A stretch of DNA of 37,610 nt from Macrostomum lignano (Eukaryota): the NCBI GenBank assembly GCA_002269645.1, contig NIVC01003447.1:1-37610 (forward strand). Direction: 5' to 3'. The notes beneath the pieces are model-generated. The model was not told the DNA's origin. It saw only the letters and a program-made list of their open reading frames with translations, and did no database searches. The translations under genes were made by a program, and so were the position numbers. Positions 10,456-22,372 of the stretch are shown one piece after another (the stretch's first letter is position 1; each line of letters begins with the position of its first letter).

Positions 10456-13400
10456 ATGACAAGGAGACTGCTTGTCACTGCTGCAGTGCTTGCTGTTTTG
10501 CTAAACCTGTGCTCCGCTGGTGTGCCTCCCATTGGACCGCTTCAAAAAGCTGTAAGTGCCTCTTCCACTACTGCTGCGAAAGGCAAAATGTCCGGCAGCA
10601 CGGGAAAAAAGGCTACCGGCTCATCCGGCGGGTCAGACCCTAGCAAGTACCAGGGGGCTTTCGACACGATAGGCTCTGCCATCAGCAGTTCGAATGATCG
10701 AACAAAGCAACTGCTCGGCGGGCTCATGGACGCAGTGAAGAATGACCCTGGCCAACTCATCACGAGGAATATGCTTGACAAGCTGGCGCAGCAGAATTCT
10801 TTTCTGCCTCAGAAAGCGGGAACCCGTTCCGTCAGTTTGCAGTCCGAACAAGGATTCAATGGATTCTCGAACTATCAGCCATCCGGATGGGTCATGACCG
10901 AGACTATGAGCGGACCTGCTGAAAAAATGCCACAAACAACGGACGAAAGTGTTCCTGTCTACACCTATCCGCAAGGACTTGGTCCTGTGTTAATCAACGG
11001 TTGCACAGCAAATAGCTACTCTGAAACCAGCCCCTGCTTTTCCAGCAAACACCTCGGCAGAGGTAAGGGAATCTGTCCAAATCTCATGGACGCAGCTGCC
11101 TACGTGGGTGTGGGATTCGACGGCCGAGGCTATTACAAAATCGAGAGCCGGAGAGCCAGTTTGGTACAGCGAGCGTGCTTCAATATGGCCAGCTTCTTAG
11201 GCAAGGATGTTCCCGACACGATGAACGTGTTCGGAATCTTCGAGACCACAGCTGAAACAAGGTCTTTTCAGTCAGCCGATGAGTATCTTCGCTTCATCAG
11301 AGAGAAGGCTGGTTTATCTGAACAAAGGAATCTTTTCCTAAGTGAGGCTACTAAACATTCCAAGTCTAGCGGGTTCGGCATGAACCTCGGTGCGATCGGA
11401 TCCATTGCTGGGGGTGCGATTGGGGCTGCCGTCGGAGGTCCTGCGGGTGCCCAGGTGGGAGCTTCTCTCGGAAGCGCTGTTGGAGGAGGCATCGAGGGAG
11501 GAACGGCGAGCGGCTCCGGAAGTTCCTCATCCACAAACAAAGGTACGTCTAGATCTAGTGTGACTCAAACCGATAAGTCAAATGGTCAACAGAGTGCTTC
11601 TAACAACTTCTTTGCCATTATGTACGTCAATATCATCCTGTTCGAGATCACACTAGACGAGGTGAAGCCCAAAGACATAAACCTTGCAGCCTTGAAAGAC
11701 TACATGAGCCTGCCAGAGTCTTACTTTTCAATCGGAGCTGATGTGAGTTACCAGAATTTCCTGCTTCGTTGGGGAACGCACTTCATTCGATCTGGAAAAT
11801 TCGGTGGGCAATTAAAGATTACAAAGACCGCTAAGACAGACAAGCTCAAGTCGGCCCAGGAGTTTGCTAGCATCGCAGAGACCGAGTTTCAGTCGATGTT
11901 CTCAACGCTGCAGTCGAAATATTCTCAAGAGAGCAGCAGCTGGAATGTTTTAGGATTTGGTGGAGAAAAGAATTCTGCGTCGCAGAATTCGAATGGAAAA
12001 TCTACGTCTCAGTACAGGAGCACTTTGGATCAACGGAGAAAGCTATCCCAAAGCTTCCGTCAATCAGAGTTTACGCATACCACCGTTGAGGCTCAAGGAG
12101 GAACGCCTGAGATCGCCGAAGCTCTTGTGGACTTCTACACTCCCGCATTTAGACAACTGTACAACAGGTGGATCGACTCCATCAAGGACTACGTGAAACC
12201 GTTCGAGTTCCAGTTGAAGTCTATCGACCAACTATTTAACATGAACATGGATGACCTGTTTCCATCCGGAAATCTTGACTTTGGGTGCATGGGAGGAGCT
12301 GGCGGTAAAGTAAAATTTCTAGTGGAACCTGGAACAAAGCGTCGCTATTATTTAGACGTGGAAACGTCATTTGAAAACAATAAAACAACTACCACTATGG
12401 TAAAAACATACTGCAAGTACAATAGTCTTAAAGAGTTCAAAATTGATTTGGTTAGGCGTAGAATTTCATTAGAGAAGGCAGTGGCGGTGTACATGGCGGA
12501 GGGACCATTTCCTACTTCATCATTTGAATTGAATGCTGGACAACCTGGATGCGACCAAGAGACTCTGGCTGAGCTGAACCTTTTCAGTAAGGGGACTAGA
12601 CCTTTGAAATTCGCCGAATTAAGCAAGGCTCCCTTTTTAATAGCCTTTGATTTGCCAGCGGATATTCCTAACATGCTCAAATCGAGTGCCAAGTATGTCA
12701 TGCTTCATCGAGCCGACCGATGGTTTGCCACGGAGCCAGGACAAATGCACATACATCTGTATGATGGCTGTCAGCTGGTGGGTTACAAGCCTGCGGAGAC
12801 GAAGATCTGCTTTAAGAACATCATTCTCACCTACGAGGAATCTTCAGGCTTCTTTCATATCGATCCTAAAGACTTTGCTGCATCGAAGCGTCGCAACCCG
12901 ATCCTTCCAGACTGGCTCCGAGGCTCAACTGTAGCGAGGGCTTCAAAGATAGACTTATCAAACGGCACCTTTGCGAACTCAGCTTCCGTGCCATGCAATG
13001 TGAAGTGGATGAATTCGCACAGACTCGATCCAGGAAAAGATGAAAACTGCATTCACTTCACGGCAGCGAGTTCAGGTGACATTTTCGTTAACTTTGCATC
13101 CATTCCCAAAGATCACACTACTTGGTACTACCTGCAGATCAACATGGATGGCGTCGCATTCTATAAGGCGATGCATCTGCAGAAACGAGACTACAAGAAG
13201 GGAATGGGAACGCTTGGAGACAGGAACCTCTATCAGTCCTATTTTGTGTGCGTGAACCAGGCCGATGGCGAGGTGCTGATGCAGTTCGGCAAGGCTGATT
13301 CAAACAGCGACGTCGGCACCGTCTACTCTGGTTACAAATTCGCTCAGGACAGTCAGTACAGCCGATTGACTTTTTACTCATTCGGCTCCGGCTCCAAGTC

Positions 13401-13644
13401 CGTGTCATTGATGGACATCCGACTCACGAGACAGATGCCAAAAGTGGAATGCCTAAATAACGACTACATTTTGAAGAACGGTCATTGCGTTCTCAACTGC
13501 CATAAAGAGTGCATCGACTGCAATCTGGCTAAAGACGACAAGTCTTGCTTTAAGTGCCGAAATGTGCGGATTGAAATAGCAGGCACTGGAAGTAAACTGA
13601 GTAACAAAGTAATTCAGTGCTTGCCAGAGTGTCCGAAAGGCTAC
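10456..13644 (+). CDS. Secreted MACPF/perforin-like protein, N-terminal part (signal peptide, MACPF domain, beta-rich domain, start of furin-like Cys repeat)
   Basis: Hydrophobic leader MTRRLLVTAAVLAVLLNLCSAG. MACPF signature YQNFLLRWGTHFIRSGKFGG at 11749-11808. Ser/Gly/Thr-rich TMH segments flank it, then VEAQGG and WIDSIKDYVKPFEFQLKSI. C-terminal CHKECIDC...C..C...CLPECPKGY is a furin-like repeat. Continues into the next frame through a 1-nt deletion at ~13645. Confidence 0.9.
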
Positions 13645-15282
13645 GACTGAGTAACAAGGATAAGAAGCTGTGCCAACCTTGCAGTCCTGGTAAATTCAAG
13701 GATTCAGTTGGTAATCAAAAGTGCAACACCTGTTTTCCCGGAAGCTTTAGCGCGTCGGGTGCTTCAAATTGCAGCATATGCAGTCCAGGAACATTCAGCG
13801 CAAAGCCGGGATCCGCAGAGTGTGAGAAGTGTCCCGCAGGATCCGCGGCCAAGTCAAAGGGATCAAGAACGTGCAGTAAATGCAGTGCAGGAACATTTTC
13901 TAAAATTGGACAGGTGGAATGCACGCCATGTCCAGTTGGTCATTTTATTGGAAAAACAGGTCAATCCAAGTGTCAGTTGTGCCAGGCAGGTTTTTATGCT
14001 GCGAATCAGGGCATGCAAGCCTGCACAAAGTGTCCTGCCGGAACATCGAGCACCGAGGGTTCAGTGAGTTGCGATAACAACTGCAAGAGAGGCGAGTTCA
14101 GTCCGAAAAAGGGAGTCGCATGCAAGAAGTGTCAGGCAGGAACATTCACTCCAAGCTCAGGATCGAGCAGCTGCACACGTTGCCCGACAGGCTCCTTCCA
14201 GGCGCAGGAGGGTCAGGGGTCGTGCAGAACGGCCCCAGCAGGATCGTACGCTGCAGGTCCGGGTGCCAAACGCAGCACACCATGTCCAGCGGGGACCTAT
14301 AACCCCAAGACAGGAAAGTCCAGCTCATCAAGTTGTGTGCCATGCTCTGCAGGAAGCTATTCAAAGTCGGCTGGCTCTACTGTCTGCACCCGTTGTCCCA
14401 AAGGCAGTTACCAACCGCTGAAGAACCAGAAGGAGTGTAAGAGCGCCAGTCCTGGACGGTTTGTCGAATTAGAAGGTCAGTCGGTGCAGAAGTTGTGTCC
14501 ACCTGGAAAAATCTCAGGCGCCGCGGCCTCTACGTGCACACCATGCAGTGCCGGTAGTTTTGCAAACCAAATTGGCTCGACCTCATGCAGCCGCTGTTCC
14601 GCCGGGAGCTGGAGCGCCGCTGGTGCGAGCTTTTGCAAGCCATGCAACGCTGGAACGATTTCGGGAGCCGGCGCGACGACCTGCACTCAGTGTACTGCTG
14701 GTCGCTTTGCCGATAAAGCGGGCTCGAGCGTTTGCAAAGACTGCGCTCCTGGAACCTGGAGTAGCGCTGGAGCTACCAGCTGCATTAACTGCCCACTTGG
14801 CACTTACTCGGCCGCGAAAGCTTCTGTCTGCACGCGGTGTCCTCCCGGAAAGTACGCCGATGCTCCCAAGTCAGTAACCTGCAAACCGTGCCGTGCAGGC
14901 AGCGTTAGTAAAACTTCAGGCTCGAGGGCGTGCACGTTTTGTCCGGCGGGCTATATGTCCTCTGCAGGTGCGACCAGCTGCAGTGCGTGTCCTGTCGGTC
15001 ATTACTCTAAAATTGGTTCGTCGAAGTGCACTCCTTGTGCAGCCGGAAAGTACGTGAACAAAAAGGGCGCAGCGAGCTGTGCTCAATGCCTTGCGGGTCA
15101 GTACTCAAATGCAGGCAGCGCCCACTGCACGGCATGCCCACCGGGAAAATACTCAAATACTGTCGGATCCAGCACTTGTAAGCAGTGCGATCTAAACTTT
15201 GCTTTGGCGGTTCATTCTGGTAGGGTTAACTGCGACCTCTGTCCAAATCTACGGGCCACACGCGATGCAAGAAGCTGCCTCA
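13645..15282 (+). CDS. Same gene, middle part: ~30 tandem 16-17-aa Cys-rich units (CxxCxxG[F/Y/W]), Ephrin_rec_like/GCC2-GCC3/TNFR-like stalk
   Basis: About 30-32 CxxCxxG units counted by eye in ORF 13617-15290. The ORF has no proper start of its own and completes the furin-like motif (CPKGY-RLSNKDKKLCQPC). It ends at a canonical donor A|GTGAGT (15283). Confidence 0.88.
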
Positions 15283-15984
15283 GTGAGTAATAAATTAATG
15301 AACTGATTCTATATTTTCCTGAGTACATATATCATTATCCAGTTAGCTGAATGGGCTGTATTCTGGATGCAGTAACCCCGTGCAGCTAAGCCAGTTATGT
15401 CTGTTTTAAAGTCACAAACAATTATTTCCTGAACACCGCTATCATTTCCATTCTTATCTACTAAATATATGAGTCATCGAAAGGTCTAATATTGGTATAG
15501 TTTGTTTAAATTCAGAGCTGTTGTACTCGCACGAGTGTGTTCAGGGATTCGTGTTCTAAAGTTATAGCGTCTCTGTGTTGGCAACCTAAAATTCCCTGTT
15601 TAATTCGTAAGCAAAGAGATTTGGCTAAACCGTTTTGTATATAGCATTATCGCATTCAATAAGGAGTCCTGAATTCTTTTTAATGAATAACGTCGTGTTT
15701 AAAAAATTTTTTGCTTTATTAAAATTTAATGTGGTACAAATAATAGTGAAGTAGTTTATAAAACTCGGGTACCCTAACGAACTTTTTATTTATATAAATC
15801 CATTGAAAAATTAAACCACAAGGTAACAGTTGAATTCGCAAAATTCAAACTAAGAATTAGTGACAGAATCGTGCAAAATCATCTTTTACGGATCAGTCAT
15901 CCGCCGGTTTTGATTTTGATTTCTTTTGGTAGAAAGTTGATTCCTATGTAACTGATGCCGACTGATGCCTTTTTTACGCTTTAG

Positions 15985-16343
15985 ACAGAGCAAAACCCGC
16001 TGCGTGCCAGCCGATGGATACCTGTCTAAGCGCATCTGACAACGACCAATGGAGCTATGCTGAAGTACCTAGAGCCCAGTCATTATTCTTTACGTTTTCT
16101 CATCCAATAAATGTGAGAAAAATCGTGATTTACACCAGAGCCGACTGCTGCAAAGAACGCGCAAGAAACTTGCAAATTGGATTGGCATCTCCAAAGCATG
16201 GCAACAAATATTGCAACACCGATAACACTGCGTTTAGTTACCGACGCGTTATTTCTTGCCACCACGACTACGTTACGCTGATCGTAGTGAAACAGCGCAT
16301 TGCGAGTCATCTGTCGTTGTCCATCCATTTTATGACTGAATGA
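15985..16343 (+). CDS. Same gene, last exon: F-type lectin (fucolectin/FTP, discoidin-fold)-like domain
   Basis: Acceptor TTTTTACGCTTTAG| at 15984 joins the phase-1 donor at 15283 in frame (..SCL-N-RAKPAACQPMDT..). VRKIVIYTRADCCKERARNLQIG resembles the F-type lectin pattern V.I.NR.DCC.ERL..F.I.VG. The family's N-terminal His motif is not obvious and the C-terminus looks divergent. Confidence 0.72.
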
Positions 16344-17091
16344 GTTGCCATCGGAGCATCCTCGGAGGCTGGGGACAGTTTTAACAAATTTCCTTTGATT
16401 TTTTTTTCTTCCAAGTTCAAACGGTTGGGAATTTTGGCGATGGTTTGCTGTTTTTCGTAACTGACGTATAAATATTCCCGTGGATGGGTCTTAAAACTTC
16501 TAGCTTTTTTGTTAGTTTGGGTTAATGGTAATTTTGGTTATTTTTTTCCTACGATATATTATTCCATTTTAAAACCTATTAAATGCTTGAGATTGCAGTT
16601 TTTTTTCAATTTTTATTTAAATCCCTATTTTACGCTGATAGCTATCAGATAACATAAGATACTCAATTCCTAAGATAATATCTGCAGCTATAAATTTGAA
16701 TTTAAAGTAAAAATATCAACACATAGAGCCAAAAGTCATATAGTCACGGACGACTTTATAGATTGAAGTCTTAATTGAGGGCTGAAATCAGTAGAGCTAG
16801 TTAACACCTAAAAAGTTAAGGACCAATGTGCTTAGCTTTTTCGCTTCAGTATGACATACATGTAGCATAAAATATAACGGAACTGGAGCTTATGAAGGCT
16901 TTACTAATTTCCTCTTATAAAACTGTATTCCGCGTTTTGCATTAGCACTTTTTTAGCTCAACACGATCGCCTGATCAATTTAACAGTAATGGTACGAACG
17001 AGAGCCTGTGAAAGTGACTGACTTAAAATCTAGTATTTTTCGACGATATCAAATTTCAAGCTTGCGAAGGTATGAAGCTAGTCTAGCCAAT

Positions 17092-17349
17092 ATCACTGCT
17101 GAAAGAATATAATGGATTGCTAATCTAACCAACATCAGTGCTATAATAATATAATGGATTGCTAATCAAACCAAATCACTGCTAAAATAATATAATGGAT
17201 TGCTAATCTAACCAAATCACTGCTGAAAGAATATAATGGATTGCTAATCTAACCAACATCAGTGCTATAATAATATAATGGATTGCTAATCAAACCAAAT
17301 CACTGCTAAAATAATATAATGGATTGCTAATCTAACCAACATCACTGCT
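17092..17349. repeat. ~41-42-bp tandem repeat, six units arranged as a duplicated trimer
   Basis: Units ATCAC/GTGCT-N5-ATATAATGGATTGCTAATC[T/A]AACCAA. The variants gaaag, ataat, aaaat recur in the same order twice. Confidence 0.92.
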
Positions 17350-18056
17350 GGAGTAATACTAAAGGGCACACATGCACCAATAAAAGGTGAGTCACTGTGT
17401 TGGGAGGGATGATCAGAGTAACTGTACCCATGATTATAGTTCTGCAGTGCAAAGGCTACTCAAGGACTACTAAAGTAGACGTTACTATCTATGTTACTAT
17501 CTATGTTACTTTAGTCGTCCTTGAAGCTACTCTGGCTGGCACAGACAAAACTTGGATAATAAAATGCTTCCTTTGATATGCCAACTGATATGCAGGATGG
17601 AGTTGTATAATTGTACTGCAAAGTAGAGAAAGCGGGCTGTCCAGACTCAGTTCGCACACTGTCATTCAATTTGTGTGCCCAAAAACGGCCTGGTACGAGC
17701 GGTTAGCGCTCATTTAATGAAATGAAATTGGGGACGGAAATTATTCTAATACAATCCTTGTCATTTTTTCAACTTCGTTACTGTGATGAGCTGGCTTTCA
17801 CAGCCAAGACCCTCTCACCCCATATACTTAGTGAGTCAAAAATGCCTTCCGTACAAAATTTCTCTCAACCTACTACACTGCAGTTGACAATGAAAAGAGA
17901 GAGCATAGGCTATTGCACACTGTTTTGCTACAGTCTTGTACGCTCGTAGAAGAAAATGACATCATGAAGTGCATAAAAAGCATTTTTATGCTACCTGCTC
18001 TCAAAAAATTCAGTTAGCTTTTTTAGAAGAAAAATTACTTGGACCAACCAACTGCC

Positions 18057-20483
18057 ATGGAGCCAGAATTAAGAGCTGCACTAGAGGCAAAAGACGATGA
18101 AAAACTGCAGCAACTCTGCCCGCTTATCGACTCCAATATGGAGTTGACGGTCGGTGGCTACAAGTATTTCTTCAACGAAGAGCGAACTCAGCCCGTGACG
18201 CATCACGTCGTCTGCAAGACGCGAAGTTCGCAGTGCCTGAAACTTCTGATTGACAAGTTCGGACCCGAGTTCGTGACCTGCAGAAACGACAGGGATGAGA
18301 CCGTTGTGCATCTTATAGCTCAGCATCAGGACGACTCCTGGATGGAACTGATTCCAGAACCTATTGTCCAGCAAAGCCTTAAAGTGACAGCATGGAAGGG
18401 CAGAACAGTGACTCACTATGCTGCTATGAACGATGTAAGCGACTCAGTATTAAAACTACTTGTAGACAAGTGCGGAGTCGACTGTCTCAAAAGCTTGGAC
18501 AATGACGGCAACACGGCCCTCCATCTTGCTGCGCAGTATCAGGGTAGCGATTCGATGAAGCTAGCTAAAACAGTACTGGGTACTGACTGCTTCCAAAGTA
18601 GAGGTTTCTCGAATCGGACTGTGATTCACTATGCAGCTTCCAACACCAGTAGTCACACTTCACTAAAATGGCTTGTCGTACTGTGCGGAACCGACTGTCT
18701 TAAAGCTTCTGATAAAGACGGATACACTGCCGTCCATCTCGCTGCACAGTACCAGGGCATTAAGTCAATGGAGCTGATGAAGGACGCGCTTGGAACTGCC
18801 TGTTTCTATCCAAGCAAAAGCTCCCAAGAGAAAACGGTGTTTCATTGTGCAGCTTCAAACAGATCCAGCAATGCATCATTGAAAGTGGCTTGTTCAAGAA
18901 TTCGGATCTGACTGTCTAACCAAATTTTCCGACAAATTCGGAAACATGCCCCTCCATTTTGTTGCAGAGTGGCAGGGTGCAGATTCGATGGAGCTGATGA
19001 AGAAGGAGCTTGGAAGCAGCTGTTTTCAACTCCAAGGCAAGTCACATAAAACATCGATACACTATGCCGCTGCTAACCGAGAAAGCAACGAATCGCTAAA
19101 ATGGCTTCTCAATGAGTACGGACCCGAAAGTCTCAAAGTTCCGGACAAAGATGGAAACACGGCGGTCCATCTTGCTGCCCAAAATCAGGGCGTCGACTCA
19201 ATGGAACTGATGAAGACAAAGCTCGGAGACGCCTGTTTCGAAATAAAAGGCAAACTACGCTGGACTCCTGTTCACTTTGCAGCTACCAACCTTAGTAGCA
19301 ATGCGTCACTAAAGTGGCTCGTCAAAGAATTGGGATCAGACTGTCTTGAATTGCCTGACAAGGACGGAAACACTGCCATACATCTCGCAGCTCGGTACCA
19401 GGGCATCGATTCGATGAAACTGATGAAGGAAGCGCTCGGAAAGGACTGCTTTCTGTTGAAAGGCTGCTTGAACAGAACTGCAATTCACTGTGCAGCTACC
19501 AATGAAAGCAGCAACCAATCGCTAAAGTGGCTCGTAAGAGAATGCGGAGCTGAAAGTCTCACAGTTCCCGATCAAAATGGACACACGGCTGTCCATCTTG
19601 CCTCACAGTATCAAGGCACAGACTCCATAGAACTGATAAAGCAAGAGCTCGGTACGGAGTGCTTTTTACTAGAAGAAAGTTTGTTTGCTAGAACGCCAGT
19701 TCATTGTGCTGCTTTAAACAGAGTCAGTAACGCATCCTTAAAATGGCTAGTCAAAGAGTTCGGATGTGGGTGTCTTAAAACTCCCGATAAAGACGGAGAC
19801 ACGCCTATCCATCTTGCCACACAGTGTCAAAGCATTGATTCACTGGAACTGATGAAAATAGAGCTCGGAATCAACTGTTTTCAGCTGAAAGGCTACTCAA
19901 ATAGAATGCCAATTCATATTGCCGCTTCAAGCAGCGAGAAATTAGCATTGTTTAATTGGCTGATAAAAGAGTGTGGACCCGATTGTCTGAAGGTTCCTGA
20001 GAAAAACGGAAACACGGCTGTGCATCTTGCAGCTCAGTATCAGGGCATCGAGTCGATGAAACTGATAAAGAAAGAGCTAGGAACTGGTTGCTTCCATTTG
20101 AAGGGCAGATTGATGCGGACCCCCGTTCATTGCGCCGCTTGTAACAAATTTGGCTACTCAGTGCTCAAGTGGCTTGTCCTGAAGTGCGGTCCCGACTGTG
20201 TGGCTGCTGTCGACAAAGACGGAAACACGATCGTTCATCTCGCTGCAGAGCACCAGTCAGCTGACTTGTTGCAGTTTCTAATTGATCAAATTGGACCTCA
20301 AGTACTCTCTCTGAAGAACAACAAAGGAGAAACACTAGTAGAATGTGTGGAGAAGGACTCGGATAATGATCGTAAAGCAAGAAAGCGAAACTGGATCGAA
20401 CTTACAAAGGATTTTGAGTCTTTTTATCTCGAGGAGGGAGCTGTTTCTGTGAATGCAGAAGCTACGGATGATTTGTTAAACCA
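18057..20483 (+). CDS. Ankyrin-repeat/kinase gene, exon 1: ~20 ankyrin repeats in alternating A/B pairs of ~71 aa
   Basis: ORFs 18039-18911 and 18946-20487 join by removing one base at 18882-18885 (TTG AAA G TGG gives SLKWLVQEFGSDC). Repeated DKDGNTAVHLAAQ and RTPVHCAA motifs. Ends at donor CA|GTAAGT (20484). Confidence 0.9.
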
Positions 20484-20836
20484 GTAAGTTTCAGGCTCTT
20501 TACAATTTGAGTTGCGGTTTAAATTACCTGCTGCGTATGTAGCTCGTACTGAAGTATTTTAATTTGATGTTTAAGAAAAGCTTTAAAAATGTCTGTGACT
20601 GTGAAGAGCTTGTACTCGTAATTATATAATTCCAATGCTCCAACGAATATAGCCTACCCTATAAAATATAAAAACCATAATTTTTAATGAATGCAATGAA
20701 TGGTAAAAGTCAAGGGATGAAGCAATTTAATTTGATGCTTATCTGCTAATAGCTTATTTTTGTAGTTATCTGTAAAAAATGTGTGTACCAAAGTGTTGCA
20801 ATATAAAGTATACAAACAAACTGATTCAATTTTCAG

Positions 20837-22078
20837 ACTGCGTACAGCTTTGGAAGCCCGTGACGATGCGCTTCTGCGGCGACTCTGCCTGCTTCTTAAC
20901 TCTAACGTTGAACTAACGGTCAATGATTGTCTCAACAAGGAACGAACTCAGTCTGTGACTCATCACGTCGTCTGTAAGTCGCGAAGTTTGCAGTGCCTGA
21001 AGCTTCTGATATCCAAATTCGGACCCGACTGTCTGTTAAACAGAAACAATCGAGGTGAAACCGCGGTGCATTTGACTGCTATGCACCAGGAAAACCTGTG
21101 GATGAAACTAATTCTAGAAGCTCTTGGCCGTGACTGCTTCAAGGACACAGCATCTAACGGTCGAATGGTGACTCACTATGCTGCTACGAATGAGACAAGT
21201 AACTCATCGCTAAAGTGGCTTGTTGCCGAGTTTGGACGCGACTGTCTCTTAGTACCCGATAAAGAAGGAAGCACAGTCGTTCATCTTGCCGCAGAGTATC
21301 AAGGTGTCGACTCCATGGAACTGATGAACAGAGAGCTCGAAACCGACTGCTTCAAAGAGTTAAAAGGATCCCAGAATCGAACGGTAGTTCACTATGCCGC
21401 CGGAAACAATATTAGCGATGCACCGCTTCGTTGGCTGGTGAAAAAGTTTGGACCAAGCTGTATCAAATTTCCAGATAAACATGGTGTCACGCCTATCCAT
21501 CTAGTTACATTAAACTCCAGAAGCACGAGTAGTATGACGCTTAATTGGCTAGTTTCTGTCGGCGGCCCGGACTGTCTCACTATTCCTGACAATGAGGGAA
21601 ACACACCTGTCCATCTCGCTGCAGAGTTTCACAACATCGAATCCATGAAATTCATAAAGAAAATACTCGGACCAGAATGCTTTAGAAGAATTGGTTTTTG
21701 GCAAAGAACACCCATTCACTGCGCTGCCGCAAACAGTAACTGCAGTGCCCTGCTTGGATGGCTCATAAAAGAATGCGGACACGACTGTCTGATGTGTCAG
21801 GACAAAGACGGAAACACGCCTGTCCATCGCGCTGCATGCTTTCAGCCAGTTAAATCATTGAAGTTGCTGGCTGACCAAATCGGGCCCGAAATTTTCTCGC
21901 TTAAGAACGCTTCTGGAAAAACAATAGCCGATTTTGTAAACCAGGACTTAGATGAAGACCGAAAACTACAAAAGCAGAGTTGGATCTCGAGCCAACTGAC
22001 GCCAGAGAGACAACTAAACCTGAGGCATCCGGAAGTCAGAATGACGGCATCGGTAGAATCCTTGGGTGGCTCAAGTGG
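20837..22078 (+). CDS. Ankyrin-repeat/kinase gene, exon 2: ~9 ankyrin repeats, paralogous to exon 1
   Basis: Acceptor AATTTTCAG| at 20836 is phase 2 and in frame with exon 1 (LLN-Q-LRTALEARDD). The N-terminal cap matches exon 1 (LRAALEAKDD...ERTQPVTHHVVCK). Ends at donor GG|GTAAGC (22079). Confidence 0.88.
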
Positions 22079-22372
22079 GTAAGCAACTGCAGCATATTTG
22101 TAGCATATTAGAAATCTATTACCGATCATCTTTGGGGAGCAGCTCGCGGTAAACGTGTCTGAGTCTTGGGGTTGTCCAACAATTCATTCCCATATAGTCC
22201 GACCCCTTTGAGGCACAGAGAGTGTACGTGCCTGACCATTCGAGATGGTACATCCTGTGTGATGTTTGTTATGTTTTGTTATGACTTGCATGTACTGCAT
22301 CCTGTGACTAGCCATCAAGTTCCCCACTGCATTTAAAACTGTGTCCATTCATTTCACTCTGGAAACAAGCAG

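Noticed and set aside
13617-15290. Treating the 557-aa Cys-rich ORF as an independent gene or a programmed -1 ribosomal frameshift product
   Set aside because: It has no ATG or signal peptide of its own and completes a motif begun in the upstream ORF. No X XXY YYZ slippery heptamer precedes the stop at 13648.
17092-17349. Regularly spaced repeats resembling a CRISPR array
   Set aside because: The units are contiguous with no unique spacers, no cas genes are present and the context is eukaryotic. The same applies to all other arrays here.
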